A stretch of DNA of 64,000 nucleotides from the human T2T-CHM13v2.0 reference genome, Homo sapiens (GCF_009914755.1 NC_060948.1), one strand, 5' to 3'; positions 35,240 to 48,954 are shown, counted from the first letter of the stretch. Translations and numbers: made by a program. The notes: generated by a model not told the origin, from the letters alone.

Positions 35240-35640
35240 GTGAAAAGGAAAAACTTTAGACAAGGTAAATTTAAGAGTTTAATAGTGCAAGAATGATTCA
35301 TGAGTTGGGAAGCTTTTAAAATCAGAACAGGTTCTGAGAACTGCAAACTGGCAATGTGGCCAGACAGCATTATGGACAGAAAATGGAAGTGAGGTCCAGA
35401 AAGAGCTTTGTTGTTTACAACTGGTTACAGCTGGATGTTTTGTCTTATTTGAATCAGTCAGCCACCCACAGTTGACTGAAGCTCAGCTGCTGTAATTGAC
35501 TGAGACAGAGCTATCTGTTACAAGTGTATATTCTATTCATAATTATGCTGTTAGTTTACACACTAGGTTAGCTTGCAGTTTGTTGCATAAGGACTCAAGT
35601 ACAGAGGCAACCTCAGGGAAAATTTATTTAATTAAACAAC
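35240..35640. mobile_element. ERV1-class solo LTR (MER93-like)
   Basis: aaaactttagacaa...atggacagaaaatggaagtgagg...ggttacagctgg; family assignment from recall. Confidence 0.5.
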
Positions 35641-36049
35641 TGTATCACCTTGAAGCTCCTTAACAAAGCAGCATTGGAGGAGACAATCTCTCTGGTTTGT
35701 AACCTGGGCTTTGGAGATGGAGGCAGGTGGAGGAGTGAAGGCCCAAGGATGGCTCTTCAGCCCTTCCCTGTTTTCATCAGCCAGCCTAATGCTCTCCTAA
35801 TTTTACTGTAACTACTCCTGGGTAGTTGCTGTTGCTGTCTATGGAGACAGGCAGGGATGGTCACTATTGTTTCCAAATGGCTAAATTGCATGTGTTGTGT
35901 TTTGTTTTGTTTTGCTTTGTTTTGTTTTGTTTTGTTTTTTAGAACAGCTAGTTTATTAGTTGTAGGGTTATTGTAGCTAATTTGAATAAAAATTAAGCCT
36001 ACAAATTCACATGCTGTTTGATTATGTACAATTTAGTTTAATTCTTTAG

Positions 36050-36145
36050 CTCTGACCCAAATGAAGTGATATCACTAACCCATGATGGAGTCCTCAGTGA
36101 AAGTGAAATGATATCACTAGCCTATAATGAAGTCATGAGTGAAGG
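36050..36145 (+). CDS. Candidate 96-nt cassette exon with internal 42-nt duplication (SDPNEVISLTHDGVLSESEMISLAYNEVMSEG)
   Basis: Acceptor attctttAG; open phase-2/2 frame; weak donor GG|GTGTTG. Confidence 0.4.
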
Positions 36146-36692
36146 GTGTTGTGTGAGTGTGTGTTCATAAAAATACACCCAAATGTTAACTATAGAGTTT
36201 CTGGGACACTGTTTCTAAAGTACTGGTAGTTTCAGCTTCTGTATGTAACATCCTTTTCTTTTGGGGTCTAGTTGGATACAAGATAAATAGATCACAAGAA
36301 GTCTACTTCTTCTTCCTAGCTGAGTTGACTATTAGCCACAACTTTTAGAAAACTGTTGGATTGCCTGTGTATGAGATTCTACCAGGTTGGGCTATATTAG
36401 TTTCTAGGGCTGCTTTAACAAAGTATCACAAACCAAGTGGCTTAAACAAAAATTAATGATCTCATAGTCCTAGAGACTAGAAATCTGAAATTGAGATTGT
36501 CAGTAGGGTTGGCTTTTTATGAAGGCTATAAGGAAGAATCTGATACCTCTTTGCTAGCTTTTGGTGGTTGCTGGCAATCTTTGGCATTCCTTGGCAGGTA
36601 GACTCATGTCTAGAGTAACTGCAGCTATTTGACCAAAAGTGTAAGTCCAAATTGTGTTTTTATCTGAATAATATGCGTTTATAATTCCCCAG

Positions 36693-36746
36693 CCCACAGC
36701 CAATTGAGTTGATGGTAGTAACCTATGATAGAGCCACCCATGAAAT
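36693..36746 (+). CDS. Candidate 54-nt cassette exon (PQPIELMVVTYDRATHEI)
   Basis: attccccAG acceptor, AT|GTGAAT donor, open frame, homologous to the array exons. Confidence 0.45.
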
Positions 36747-37475
36747 GTGAATTAAAAACAAAGATTTATATACATGTAAGTGTATATATACATATATACA
36801 CATAAGATACATGCATGCATACACATACACACACAGAAACATAAAACAATGAAAGAGAAAGAGAAGTTGATATTTGTAAAATTCACTGTCAGGCATATCC
36901 TTGGAAATACAGAGTATCTTTTACACTATGTCTAAATCTTCTCACTGTAGGATCTATAGATAACCTTCTATTTTTTTTTCAGACCAAATTGGATAAAAGA
37001 GGATGAAGTCATGAAAGGGATGCTTCTTCCTCTTAGTATATTTGTCACTCTAAGTTAGTAGTATCCAATCCCTTAGGAACCTCTGAGGTTTTCCACTTAC
37101 GAGACTGTCCTACTACTAGAGTGGGCCAAAGGGAGAGAGAATCCTATTTGGAGCAATGGGGAGGTAACAGGTGACAGGGAGGAGTGAGGCACACAGCAAA
37201 AAGAACAGAGTTCATGAAACCGTAATGGGTTCCTCACCCTCTAGAGTTCTACCACCATGTGAGGCTGGTGCCCCAAACCAAACCCAAACCCACAATCATT
37301 TTGTAGGGAGTTCCTGACTCAGGCCTACAGCTACATGGTCATATCTTCTGGGCAGGAAAGATAGCCATGATGGGTGAAAGTAAAGAAGTGACAGAAGGAC
37401 TTAGGAATCAAGCATTTAGATGGGGTAAGAGGCATGTTTCCTTACAGACTGCAGTTACATTAGAAATAAATGCCA

Positions 37476-37793
<318 letters not shown>

Positions 37794-37923
37794 TTAGTGA
37801 TATACACATGAATATTTAAATATTAACCAGATAGTACATTATAGGGTAAATGTAGCTGTTTGATCCAAAAAGTAAGTTTAGAATTACATGTGTGTCCAAC
37901 TATCTACGTTTATATTCCTTTAG

Positions 37924-37974
37924 CCTGCATACAGAATTGACATCAATAACCTATGATAGAACCACCAATGAAAT
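37924..37974 (+). CDS. Candidate 51-nt cassette exon (LHTELTSITYDRTTNEI)
   Basis: tattcctttAG acceptor, AT|GTGAAT donor; 3 nt shorter than the 54-nt unit, frame preserved. Confidence 0.45.
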
Positions 37975-38815
37975 GTGAATTATAAAATATATATACACAA
38001 ATATTTAAAGAAATATATATGCAGTTATACATACTTCTGTCAATCTAGACACACAAACACAGGGAGAGAGAGAAAGGGAGAGAAAGAGAAAAGAGAGAGA
38101 GAAACAACAGAGAGAAAGATGAGGATTATGTTCTTACTCTCAGGATCATCCATGGCCATACAGAATGTCTTTTACACTGTTTATAAACCTCCTCACTATA
38201 GGCCCTGCTGGCCCCTTATCCAGCTTTTTGATTAAATTGGATAAAAAAGGAACAGGGCAAAAAAGGGAAACTTCTTGTTATTGTCTTGTCACCCTTAGTA
38301 GCAGGCACATACTTAGGAAAGTCAGATTTCCTGTGTATGAGACATACTAGAGTGGACCAAGGGAAGAAAACCCTATGCAGAGCAACAAGCGAGTAGCAGT
38401 GGACAGGGAGCAGTGGAGCCCTTAGGGAAAAACAAACAGAGCTAATGGCCCTGGCAGAGTTCCTCACACCCAGAGCTCTACCACCATGTGAGGCTAACAC
38501 TACAAGCCCACACCCATCATCACATTGTATGGGGCAGTTTCTTGACCCTGTGTGAGAGCAGAGGAGACAGCTATGATGGTGAAAAGAAGGCACTGATGAA
38601 GGGATTTTAGTGTCAGGAAATGAGATGAGGTCAAGGGGATTTGTATATAGAAACTGCAGCTGAATTTGAAATAAAGTAAACCACCAAATGCTTAGTTTGT
38701 GCTTCATTTAGTTGTAAAGAACTAAACATCGCTTGTGAGTAATTCAAACCAGAAAGTGAAGTCTAGGATGTCATATTGGTGTTGGACGATACATATATAT
38801 ATTTAAATTCTGTAG

Positions 38816-38869
38816 CACTGCCAAGTCTAAATTCAAATCACTACCCTGGAATGGAGCTATCAGTGAATA
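38816..38869 (+). CDS. Candidate 54-nt cassette exon ([18 protein letters not shown])
   Basis: attctgtAG acceptor, TA|GTGAGA donor, open frame. Confidence 0.4.
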
Positions 38870-38895
38870 GTGAGACAGAAATAAATCAATATAGA

Positions 38896-39238
<343 letters not shown>

Positions 39239-40153
39239 TTATATATACCTATATGCATTCATATTAAATCAAGGCATGCACCCACAGGTACTGCAGAGAA
39301 ATATAAAGGTTGAGATTAGGGAAGTTCCCATTCAAGGACATTAATGGAAAAACAAAAAACTTTGACACATGTGTTTATGTGATCTCACTATAGGATATGA
39401 AGGTGACTTTATGTCTTGAATGAATTTAGATAAAAGATGACCACATAAAAAGAAGAATGATTTTTCTTACTAGTCTGTTTGATACTCTTGAGTAAAAATA
39501 AAAAATAATTTTCAGACTGCCTATATGTTAGACCTTACTATAATGGCTGAGGACAGCAGAGAATCCTCTTTGGAAACCGGAAAGGACAGCAGGGACGGAG
39601 AGTAGTGAAGACCTCAGGAGAAGAGAAAAAAGCTAACAACGCTTGAACTGTTTTTAACCCTGCAGAACTCTGCCACAATACAGGGTGGTACTCAAAACCC
39701 CAAATACCATCATATTGGATTGTGTCCTTGACTCAGACCTGCAGTTACTTTACCCTACTTGTGGACCAAGAGAGACAATCAAGTGAAGAAGTAATGGAGG
39801 GCTTTCAAGGCAGCACATTTAGTGGAATAAGAGGGCTGACTACCTCCACACAAAAGTTTAGTTTGAAATAGCTGCCACCACAAAGGCTGTCACACATTGG
39901 TACTGAGGTCATAATAAAGAGGTTTATTTAAATCTGAAAGCATTACTATTTTCCCCAGTCTAAGATGTTGGTTGCCATCATATAAATCATCCTTTCTAAT
40001 AAAAAAATGGCATTTCAGAACCAAATAGTGCTATGCACATGAATAGTCAGAACTTAACTGGTTTATGTGCAGAGTAATGAAAGCTAGTTTTACCAGAAAA
40101 GTAAATTTTGAATTGTGTCTCCTGTCTGACTGTATTCTTTTGTCGTCCTCTAG

Positions 40154-40207
40154 TCCACCCACAAATGAATTATCAGGTGTGAACCCACAGGCAAGTATGA
40201 ATGAAAG
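40154..40207 (+). CDS. TPTE2: TPTE2-family exon containing the conventional start (ATG at 40197; PPTNELSGVNPQAS-MNES)
   Basis: tcgtcctctAG acceptor, AAG|GTGAGT donor, 54 nt; MNES matches the TPTE/TPTE2 start. Confidence 0.9.
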
Positions 40208-41207
40208 GTGAGTTATGCGTAAGTGTTTCTTTCTTTATCTAATTATAACTGAGCATAGTAGTATTCACACACACAGGCGCATAAACAAATATATCCATCC
40301 ATCCATCCATGCATCCATCTGTACACACTTCTCTCAAACACATCCACTAACAAACCTATGCACACAACGGAAACATACAACAAGGAGACAGACGGACATT
40401 TGTGGAATTTATTCTGAGAAGCCTGCATGGCCATAGAGAGTGGTTTTTAACAGGATTTCCAATTCTTCTCATAGTAGCCTTTGTAGGTAACATTGCATCC
40501 TTTTCTAATGGAGTGATATAAAAAGCAGCAGGTCATAGGAGAGCTGCTGCTTCCTGTTAGTGTATTTGTCACTGTTAGTTCCTAGTAAGTAGCTTCTTAA
40601 AGGACTCAAATTTCCTGAGTTTGAGAGCCTACCAGATTGACAGAAGGGAGGAGAAAATCCTATTCACAACATGGAGGAGATAGCAGCTGACAAGAAGCAG
40701 TGAAGCCCTGGGCAGAAAAGAACAGAGCTAATAGAACATGAACTTGTCTTTCACACTCCAGAGCTCTGTCAACATATGAGGTTGGTGCTAAAACATAAGC
40801 ACAAGCACACAATCTCATTGGATGCAGCCCTTCCTTAGGCCCACAGCTACTTGCCTGTGTCCCATGGACAGGAAAGACTAGCATGATGGGTGAAAGGAAA
40901 GACGTGATGGAGAGATCCAGGAAATGGGCCATAGATGGGATTAGAAGGAGGAATGCCTACACAGTGGAGTTGAATTTAAAAGAAATTCACCCACAAAAGG
41001 CTGTCTGTCATGCATTGGCCAGCTCCAGTGGTAGAGAGTTTTGGTGAACTCTTGAGTCAGTGAGTCTTAGATACGTGTAAAGTATGTGCTGCAAGCATAT
41101 AAATTATGATGTGTAGGGTAAATGGCATGGCAGATTCCAAAGAACCAAATACACACATGACTTCTGTAATGGTAAGGCAATTTACAGGTTGAAAAGTAGT
41201 TGGAAGT

Positions 41208-41597
<390 letters not shown>

Positions 41598-41610
41598 TTA
41601 AGTTCTTTGG

Positions 41611-41665
41611 CATGGCCCTGTGTGTTAATTGAGAGTACCTTCCAGTAGGCTGGCCAATGCACCAT
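41611..41665 (+). pseudogene. Dead cassette copy (B-type): GG acceptor, 55 nt, in-frame TGA
   Basis: Sits at the exon position of the array unit; ttctttGG; catggccctgtgtgttaatTGA. Confidence 0.5.
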
Positions 41666-42573
41666 GTAATATCAAGGAATAGAGTTATACATGTATCTAT
41701 GCATATACAAACACATACATACATGCATTCGTACACACAAGAGAGTCTGAGTAGGGCTATTGAGTGTGACAAGCATCCATGGGAACAAGGAGTTCCCTTG
41801 AAACTATTTCTAGAGTCTTCTCAGAATGAGCTTTGTATGCAATATTGTTTTTTGGATGGAGGTAGGAAAATGGGGAGGAACTCATAGAGGGAGGCTTTTT
41901 ATGTTAGTGTTTGTCACATTACCTTTATGTGAGAATGAGACTGTGCTAGTAGTGTGGACCAAGGGAGAAGTGAATCCTGCTTGCAGTGAGAAGGAGATAG
42001 GAGTGGACAAAGATCAGAGAAATCCCAGCCAAAACAAAGAACCGAGCTAATAACCCTGGAATTATTTCACCCCCTCCAGAGCTCTGCTGTTATGTGAGGC
42101 TGACTGCCTTTGCCCATACCCACCCTCACATGGGATGGAGCCCTTTCTTGAGGCCTCTAGCTACTTGGCCACAACTCTTGGGCAGGAAAGACAACTAGGA
42201 TGGGTGAAAAGTGAGGAGGTGATTGGAGGTGATAGAGAATGAGGAACTCAGATGGGATTATAAGAACGGAGACTCAGAAACTAAATTTGAACTAGAATTA
42301 AATGCTCTCCAAAAATGCTGTTACACCTTGAGGTGTAGATACCCTTACTTAATCTGCATGCATCGGTATGTTCACAGCCTAAAATTCTCACTGTTGGCAT
42401 ATGAAACCTCATTTCTAATAAGACAAATGCCATCCCAGGTCAATTTAGTGATATACATACATGTGAATAATAAAAATGTAACTGGGGAATGACACATAGA
42501 CTAACTATAGCTATTTGTTGCAAAACCTTAGAATTAAGCATTGTGTCTGACTCTGACCATATTTGTCCTCTAG

Positions 42574-42627
42574 TCCCGATCCGAATGACCTGGTGGGAGT
42601 CATCACTGAGCGCGGCCCCAGTGACAG
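42574..42627 (+). CDS. TPTE2: 54-nt cassette exon [18 protein letters not shown] (TPTE-type, cf. PDPTDLAGVIIELGPNDS)
   Basis: tttgtcctctAG acceptor, CAG|GTGAGT donor, open frame. Confidence 0.85.
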
Positions 42628-42652
42628 GTGAGTTATAAAAGATGTACACATG

Positions 42653-42955
42653 ACCAGGTGCAATGGTTCACACCTGTAATCTGAGCACTTTGGGAGGCTG
42701 AAGCAGGCAGATACCCTGAGGTCGGGTGTTCGAGACCAGGCTGGCAAACATCATGAAACCCTGTCTCTACTAAAACTACAAGAACTAGCCAGGTGTGGTG
42801 GCAGTTGCCTCTAATCCCAGCTACTCAGGAGGCTGAGGCAGGAGAATCTTTTGAACCTGGGGTAGTGGAGTTTGCAGTGACTGAGAACATGCCACTGCAT
42901 TCCACCCTGGGCAGCAGGAGCGAAACTTTGTTGCAAAAAAGAAAAAAAAAAAAAA
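42653..42955 (+). mobile_element. Alu with TSD aaaagatgtacaca, ~25 nt downstream of a cassette donor
   Basis: Alu consensus; absent from the paralogous site near 46060. Confidence 0.93.
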
Positions 42956-43859
42956 GATGTACACACACACACACAAAACAGTGACAGAGAAAGAGACCGA
43001 GATTGGTGGGATTAACTCCCAGATGTGTTCATGATAATACAGGGTTTCTTTGACACAGGTTCTTTATCATCTCACTATATCATGTATAGATAACTTCCAC
43101 ATTTTTACATTGTTTAGAAAAAAAGAAACTGACTATAGAGAGAGGCTTCCATCTGTTACTGTCTTGTCACCCTTAGTAAGTAGCAGGCAAATGCTTTGGA
43201 AAAGCAGATTTTCTGTGTACCAGACACACCAGAGTAGGCCGAGGGAAGACAGAATCCTGTTTAGAGTGAGGAGTAGGTAGGAGTACTTGGGGAACTGTGA
43301 AGCCTTCGGCAGAAAGCAACAGAGCTAAGAGCCTTGGAGGTGTTCTCCACCCTCCAGAACTCTGCCACCATGGAGGCTGGTGCTCCAAACCTCAAATCAC
43401 CATCCTATTGGATTGTGCCCCTGTGTCAGACCTCTAGTTACCTGACCCTTTTTGTGGGGCATGAGAAACCACCATGCTGAGTGAACATAAGGAGCTAATG
43501 GAGGGCCTTTTAAGCGGGACATTGAATGGAATAAGAGGGCTGACTACCTACAAACTGGAGTTGAGTTTGAAATAACTGCCACCACAAAGTCTGTCACACA
43601 TTGGGACTGAGGTCATAATAAAGAGGTTTACTTAAATCGGGAATCATTACTATTTTCCCCCACCTAAGATTTTGGTTGTTGCCATATAAATCCTCATTTC
43701 TAATAAAGAGAAAAAGACATTCCAGGTTCCAATAGTGCTATACACATGAATAGTCAGAAATTAATTGGTTTCTGTCTAGAGTAGTGAGAGGTAATTTTTC
43801 CAAAATATAAATTCAGAATTATGTCTTCTCTCTGACTGTATTCTCTTATTATCCGCTAG

Positions 43860-43913
43860 TCCACAGACAAGTGAATTTAAAGGAGCAACAAAGGAGGCAC
43901 CTGTGAAAGAAAC
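43860..43913 (+). CDS. TPTE2: 54-nt cassette exon PQTSEFKGATKEAPVKET
   Basis: atccgctAG acceptor, AC|GTGAGT donor; resembles TPTE PQTSEFKGATEEAPAKES. Confidence 0.8.
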
Positions 43914-43997
43914 GTGAGTAATAGATAGTTAAATAAAGTTACCCATCAGCATAAGTGTGCATAGAACTATACACACACACAGGCACATGGGCAAATA

Positions 43998-44055
43998 TAT
44001 CCATCCATCCATCCATCCATCCATCCATCCATCCATCCATTCATCCATCCATCCA
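43998..44055 (+). repeat. (TCCA)n microsatellite; paralogous copies at ~40293-40320 and ~47133-47186
   Basis: Direct reading; marks A-type units. Confidence 0.9.
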
Positions 44056-45011
44056 CGCTTCTCTTCACCACGGAAACTACACAAACTAATCCATGCACAC
44101 AATGGAAACCTAAAATAAGGAGAAAGGAAACTGATAGACATTTGTGGAATTTACTCTCAGGGGCCTGCATGGCCATATAGATTTTTTTTTAACAGAGTTT
44201 CCAATTCGTCTCATTGTAGCATTTTTTAGTAACTTTGCATCCTTCTTTGATGAAGTTGTATAAAGAGGAGCAAGTAATAGGAGAGTTGCTTCTTCCTGTT
44301 AGTGTATTTGTCACTCTTAGTTCCTAGTAAGCAGTTTTTTTTATCGGACTCAGATTTCCTGAGTTGAGACCCTACCAGATTGGCCCAAGGCAGGAGAGAA
44401 TCCTATTTGCAACACGGAGGAGATAGTGGCCAATAAGGAGCAGTGAAGCTTTGGGCTGAAAAGAACAGAACTACTGGAATGTGAACTTGTCCCTCACCCT
44501 CCAGAGCTCAGTCCACATGTGAGGCTGGTGCCCAGACCCAACCCCAAACCAACCACCTCACTGGATGCAGCCCTTTCTTAGGCCCGCAACTACTTGCCTA
44601 TATCTCATGGACAGCAAAGACTAGCAAGATGGGTGAAGGATGGAGGTGATGGAGGCATTCAGGAAGTCAGCCCTTAATGGGATTAGCAGGCTGACCACCT
44701 GCACAGTGGAGTTGAATTGAAAAGAAATTTACCCTCAAAAGGCTGACATGCCCTGGTCAGCTTCAGTGGTAGAGAATTCAGTTAAATCTTGAGTCACTGA
44801 GTCTTGGATAGATGTAAAATGTGTGCTACAGTTATATAAAGTATGATGTGTAGGGAAAATGGCATGGCAGATTCTAACTAACCAAATGCACCAGAATTCT
44901 GTAAGGTTCAAGCAGTTTACATGTTGAAAGTTAATTGGAACTGTTTTTCACTGAAAACGTTAAGTCTGGGAGTTACATGTTGTCTTACTATGTATGTTTT
45001 AAGTTCTTTGG

Positions 45012-45068
45012 CACTGCTGTGTGTGTGAAATGAAAGAGTGTCTTGTGGTAGACTGGCCACTGCAACAT
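45012..45068 (+). pseudogene. Dead cassette copy (B-type): GG acceptor, lost donor, in-frame TGA
   Basis: Paralog of the 41611 unit; ttctttGG|cactgctgtgtgtgtgaaaTGA. Confidence 0.5.
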
Positions 45069-45994
45069 ATGAACTACAGAAATACAATTATACATGTATG
45101 GATGTATATATGGACACACGTATACATGCATTCATACCCACAACATGCAGAAAGATTGAGATTCGGGATATTGACTCTCATGAGCATCCATGTGAATGAG
45201 GAGTTCCCTTGAGACTAGTTTTAGAGTCTTCTCAGGATGAGCTTTGTGAAGAATATTCTTTTGTTATTTGGATGGAGGCAGGAAAATGTGGAAGAACTCA
45301 CAGAAGGAGGCTTTTTATGTTAGTGTTTGTCACTTTTAGTTTCTGTGGGAATGAGACTCTACTAGTAGTGTGGATCAAGGGGGAAGCAAATCCTGCTTGG
45401 AACCAGAAGGAGATAGCAGTAGACAAAGAGCAGAGACTCCCTGGCAAAGAAGAGAACAGACATAATAGCCCTGGAAGTATTCCCTACCCTCCAGAGTTCT
45501 GCCACTATGTGAGGCTGCCACTATGCCTGAGCCCATACCCATCATCACACAGAATGCAGCCCTTGCTTGATGTCTTCTGCTACTTGGCCCTAACTCTTGG
45601 GCAGGAAAGACAACTAGGATTGGTGAAAAGTGAGGAGGTGATTGGAAGTGAATGAGAATGAGGAATTCAGATGGGATTATAAGAAGGAGAACTTACAAAC
45701 TAAAGTTGAACTGGAATTAAATCCCCTCAAAAGAGCTGTTACACATTGAGGTGAAGATACAGTCACTTCCCCTAGATGCATCGCTATGTTCACAGCCTAA
45801 GATATTCACTGTTGGCATAGAAAACCTTGTTTCTAATAAAAAAAAGTCATACCAGGTCAGTTTAGTGATATAAGTACATGTGAATATTTAAAGTGTAACC
45901 AGAGGGGAATAACTCATAGAGTAACTGTAGCTATTTGGTGCAAAACATTTAGAATTAGGCGTCGTGTCTGTTTCTGACCATATTTGTCCTTTAG

Positions 45995-46048
45995 TCCCCA
46001 TCCAAATGAGCCAATGGCAGTCATCACTGATGGAGGCATCAAGGACAT
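45995..46048 (+). CDS. 54-nt cassette exon PHPNEPMAVITDGGIKDI (paralog of the 42574 exon)
   Basis: tttgtcctttAG acceptor, AT|GTGAGT donor, open frame. Confidence 0.65.
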
Positions 46049-46996
46049 GTGAGTTTTAAAAGATGTACTCACACACACACAAACATAACTATGACAGAGA
46101 GATAGAGACAGACAGAGAGAGAGAGATTGAGATTAGTGGGATTTAGTCTCAGGAGTGTCCACAGCAATAGAGTGTCTGTGACACAGTTTATTTATGTTCT
46201 CACTGTAGCATGTATAGGTAAATTTCCACATTTTTACAGTTGTTTTGGAAAAAAGAGAAACAGACTACAGAAGGAGGCTTCTGTTTGTTACTGTCTTGTC
46301 ACCCTTAGTAAGTAGCAGGCAAATACCTTGGAAACTCAGATTTCTGTGTATGAGACATACCAGAGTGGGCCAAGGGAAGAGAGAATCGTGTTTGGAGTGA
46401 GGAGGAGGTAGGAGTACTTGGGGAACTGGAAATTTGAAGCCTTCAGCAGAAAGCAACAGAGCTAAGAGCCTTGGAGGTGTTCTCCACCCTCCAGAACTCT
46501 GCCACCATGGAGGCTGGTGCTCCAAACCTCAAATCACCATCCTATTGGATTGTGCCCCTGTGTCAGACCTCTAGTTATCTGACCCTTTTTGTGGGGCATG
46601 AGAAACCACCATGCTGAGTGAACATAAGGAGCTAATGGAGGGCCTTTTAAGCGGGACATTGAATGGAATAAGAGGGCTGACTACCTACAAACTGGAGTTG
46701 AGTTTGAAATAACTGCCACCACAAAGTCTGTCACACATTGGGACTGAGGTCATAATAAAGAGGTTTACTTAAATCGGGAATCATTACTATTTTCCCCCAC
46801 CTAAGATTTTGGTTGTTGCCATATAAATCCTCATTTCTAATAAAGAGAAAAAGACATTCCAGGTTCCAATAGTGCTATACACATGAATAGTCAGAAATTA
46901 ATTGGTTTCTGTCTAGAGTAGTGAGAGGTAATTTTTCCAAAATATAAATTCAGAATTATGTCTTCTCTCTGACTGTATTCTCTTATCATCCACTAG

Positions 46997-47050
46997 TCCA
47001 CAGACAAATGAATTTAAAGGCACAACCGAGGAGACACCTGCGAAAGAAAC
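46997..47050 (+). CDS. TPTE2: 54-nt exon PQTNEFKGTTEETPAKET (TPTE2-type)
   Basis: atcatccactAG acceptor, AC|GTGAGT donor; near-match to TPTE2 PQTNEFKGTTEEAPAKES. Confidence 0.88.
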
Positions 47051-47595
47051 GTGAGTAATAAATAGTTAAATAAAGTCATCCGTCAGCATAAGTGTGCATA
47101 GAACTATACACACACAGGCACATGAGCAAATATATCCATCCATCGATCCATCCATCCATCCATCCATCCATCCATCCATCCATCCACACTTCTCTTCAAC
47201 ACATGTACACAAACTAATCCATGCACATGATGGAAACAGACCAAAGAGAAAGGAGACTGATGGACATTTGTGGAATTTACTCTCAGGAGCCTGCATGGCC
47301 ACAGAGATTTTTTTTTTTTTAACAGAGTTTCCAATTAGTCTCATTGCAGCATTTGTTAGTAACTTTGCATCCTTCTTTGGTGGAGTTGTATAAAAAGGAG
47401 CAGGTCATATGAGAGTTGCTTCTTCCTGTTAGTGTATTTGGCACCCTTAGTTCCTACTAAGCAGTTTTTTAATGGAACTCAGATTTCTGACAGAAATTAA
47501 TTGGTTTCTGTCTAGAGAAATAAAAGCTAATTTTCCAAAAAAGTAAATTTAGAATCGTGTCTCCTATCTGACTGTATTCTTTTATCATCCTCTAG

Positions 47596-47649
47596 CCCAC
47601 ACACAGGTGAATTTAAAGGAGCAGCCCTGGTGTCACCTATCAGTAAAAG
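47596..47649 (+). CDS. TPTE2: 54-nt exon PHTGEFKGAALVSPISKS
   Basis: atcatcctctAG acceptor, AAG|GTGAGT donor; AALVSPISKS is TPTE2-type rather than TPTE-type (AARVSPISES). Confidence 0.9.
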
Positions 47650-48618
47650 GTGAGTTATAAATACATGAAGACACACGTTTGCATAAGAGTGCATAGAGCT
47701 ATACACACACCAAGCACATACACAAATATATCCATCCATCTTCATCCATACACACTTTGGCAACACATTTACACAAACAAACGCATGCACAAAATGGAAA
47801 CACAAAACACGGTGACAGATGGACATTTGTGGAATTTATTCTCAGGAGCCTGCATGGCCATACAGAGTGTTTTTTAACAGGGTTTCCAATTCTTCTCATT
47901 GTAGCATTTGTAGATAACTTTGTATCCTTTTTTGATGGAGTTGTATAAGGAGATCAGTTCACAGGAGAGCTGCTTCTTCCTGTTAGTGTATTTGTCACCC
48001 TCAGTTTCTGGTAGGCAATTTTTTAAGGGATTCAGGTTTCCTGAGTTTGAGACCATACCATAGTGTTCCAAGAAAGGAGAATCCTATTTGCAACATGGAG
48101 GAGATAGCAGCCAATGAGGAGTAGTGAAGCTCTGGGAAAAAAAGAATGGAGCTAATGGAACATGGACTTGTCCCACACACTCGAGAGCTCTGTCCACATG
48201 TGAGGTTGGTGCCTAGACCCAACCCAAACCCACCACCTCATTGGATGCCGCTTTCCTCAAGTGCACGGGTACTTCACTGTGTCACATGGGCAGGAGAGAC
48301 TAGCATGATCAGTGAGAGTAAGGAGGTGGTGGAGGGTTTTCCCAGTCATGTGAAAACCTCTCCTGGAAATAAATCATAAAGGTGTAAGTAATATGGAAAA
48401 CCTGATTCAAGTTAATTATAGTGTAATGCTCAAGAAACCTTGTAAAATGAATGAGATTTTACAGAAGGAATAAAAGGATTGTGTTTAATCAATGGCTGAT
48501 TAAGGAAACATCTAGGTGAGAATTCTGTGGTTGCTCATTAAGCAACAGCATGTGCGTTTTGTACGTAGCATTGATTTTTAAGCCAATAAATAAATTTTTA
48601 AAAGAATTTGTTTTATAG

Positions 48619-48954
<336 letters not shown>

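Noticed and set aside
43173-46525. Duplicated minus-strand ORFs starting MEHQPPWWQSSGGWRTPPRLL
   Set aside because: Identity is explained by the near-identical intronic tract; the frames diverge outside it and are not conserved in other units
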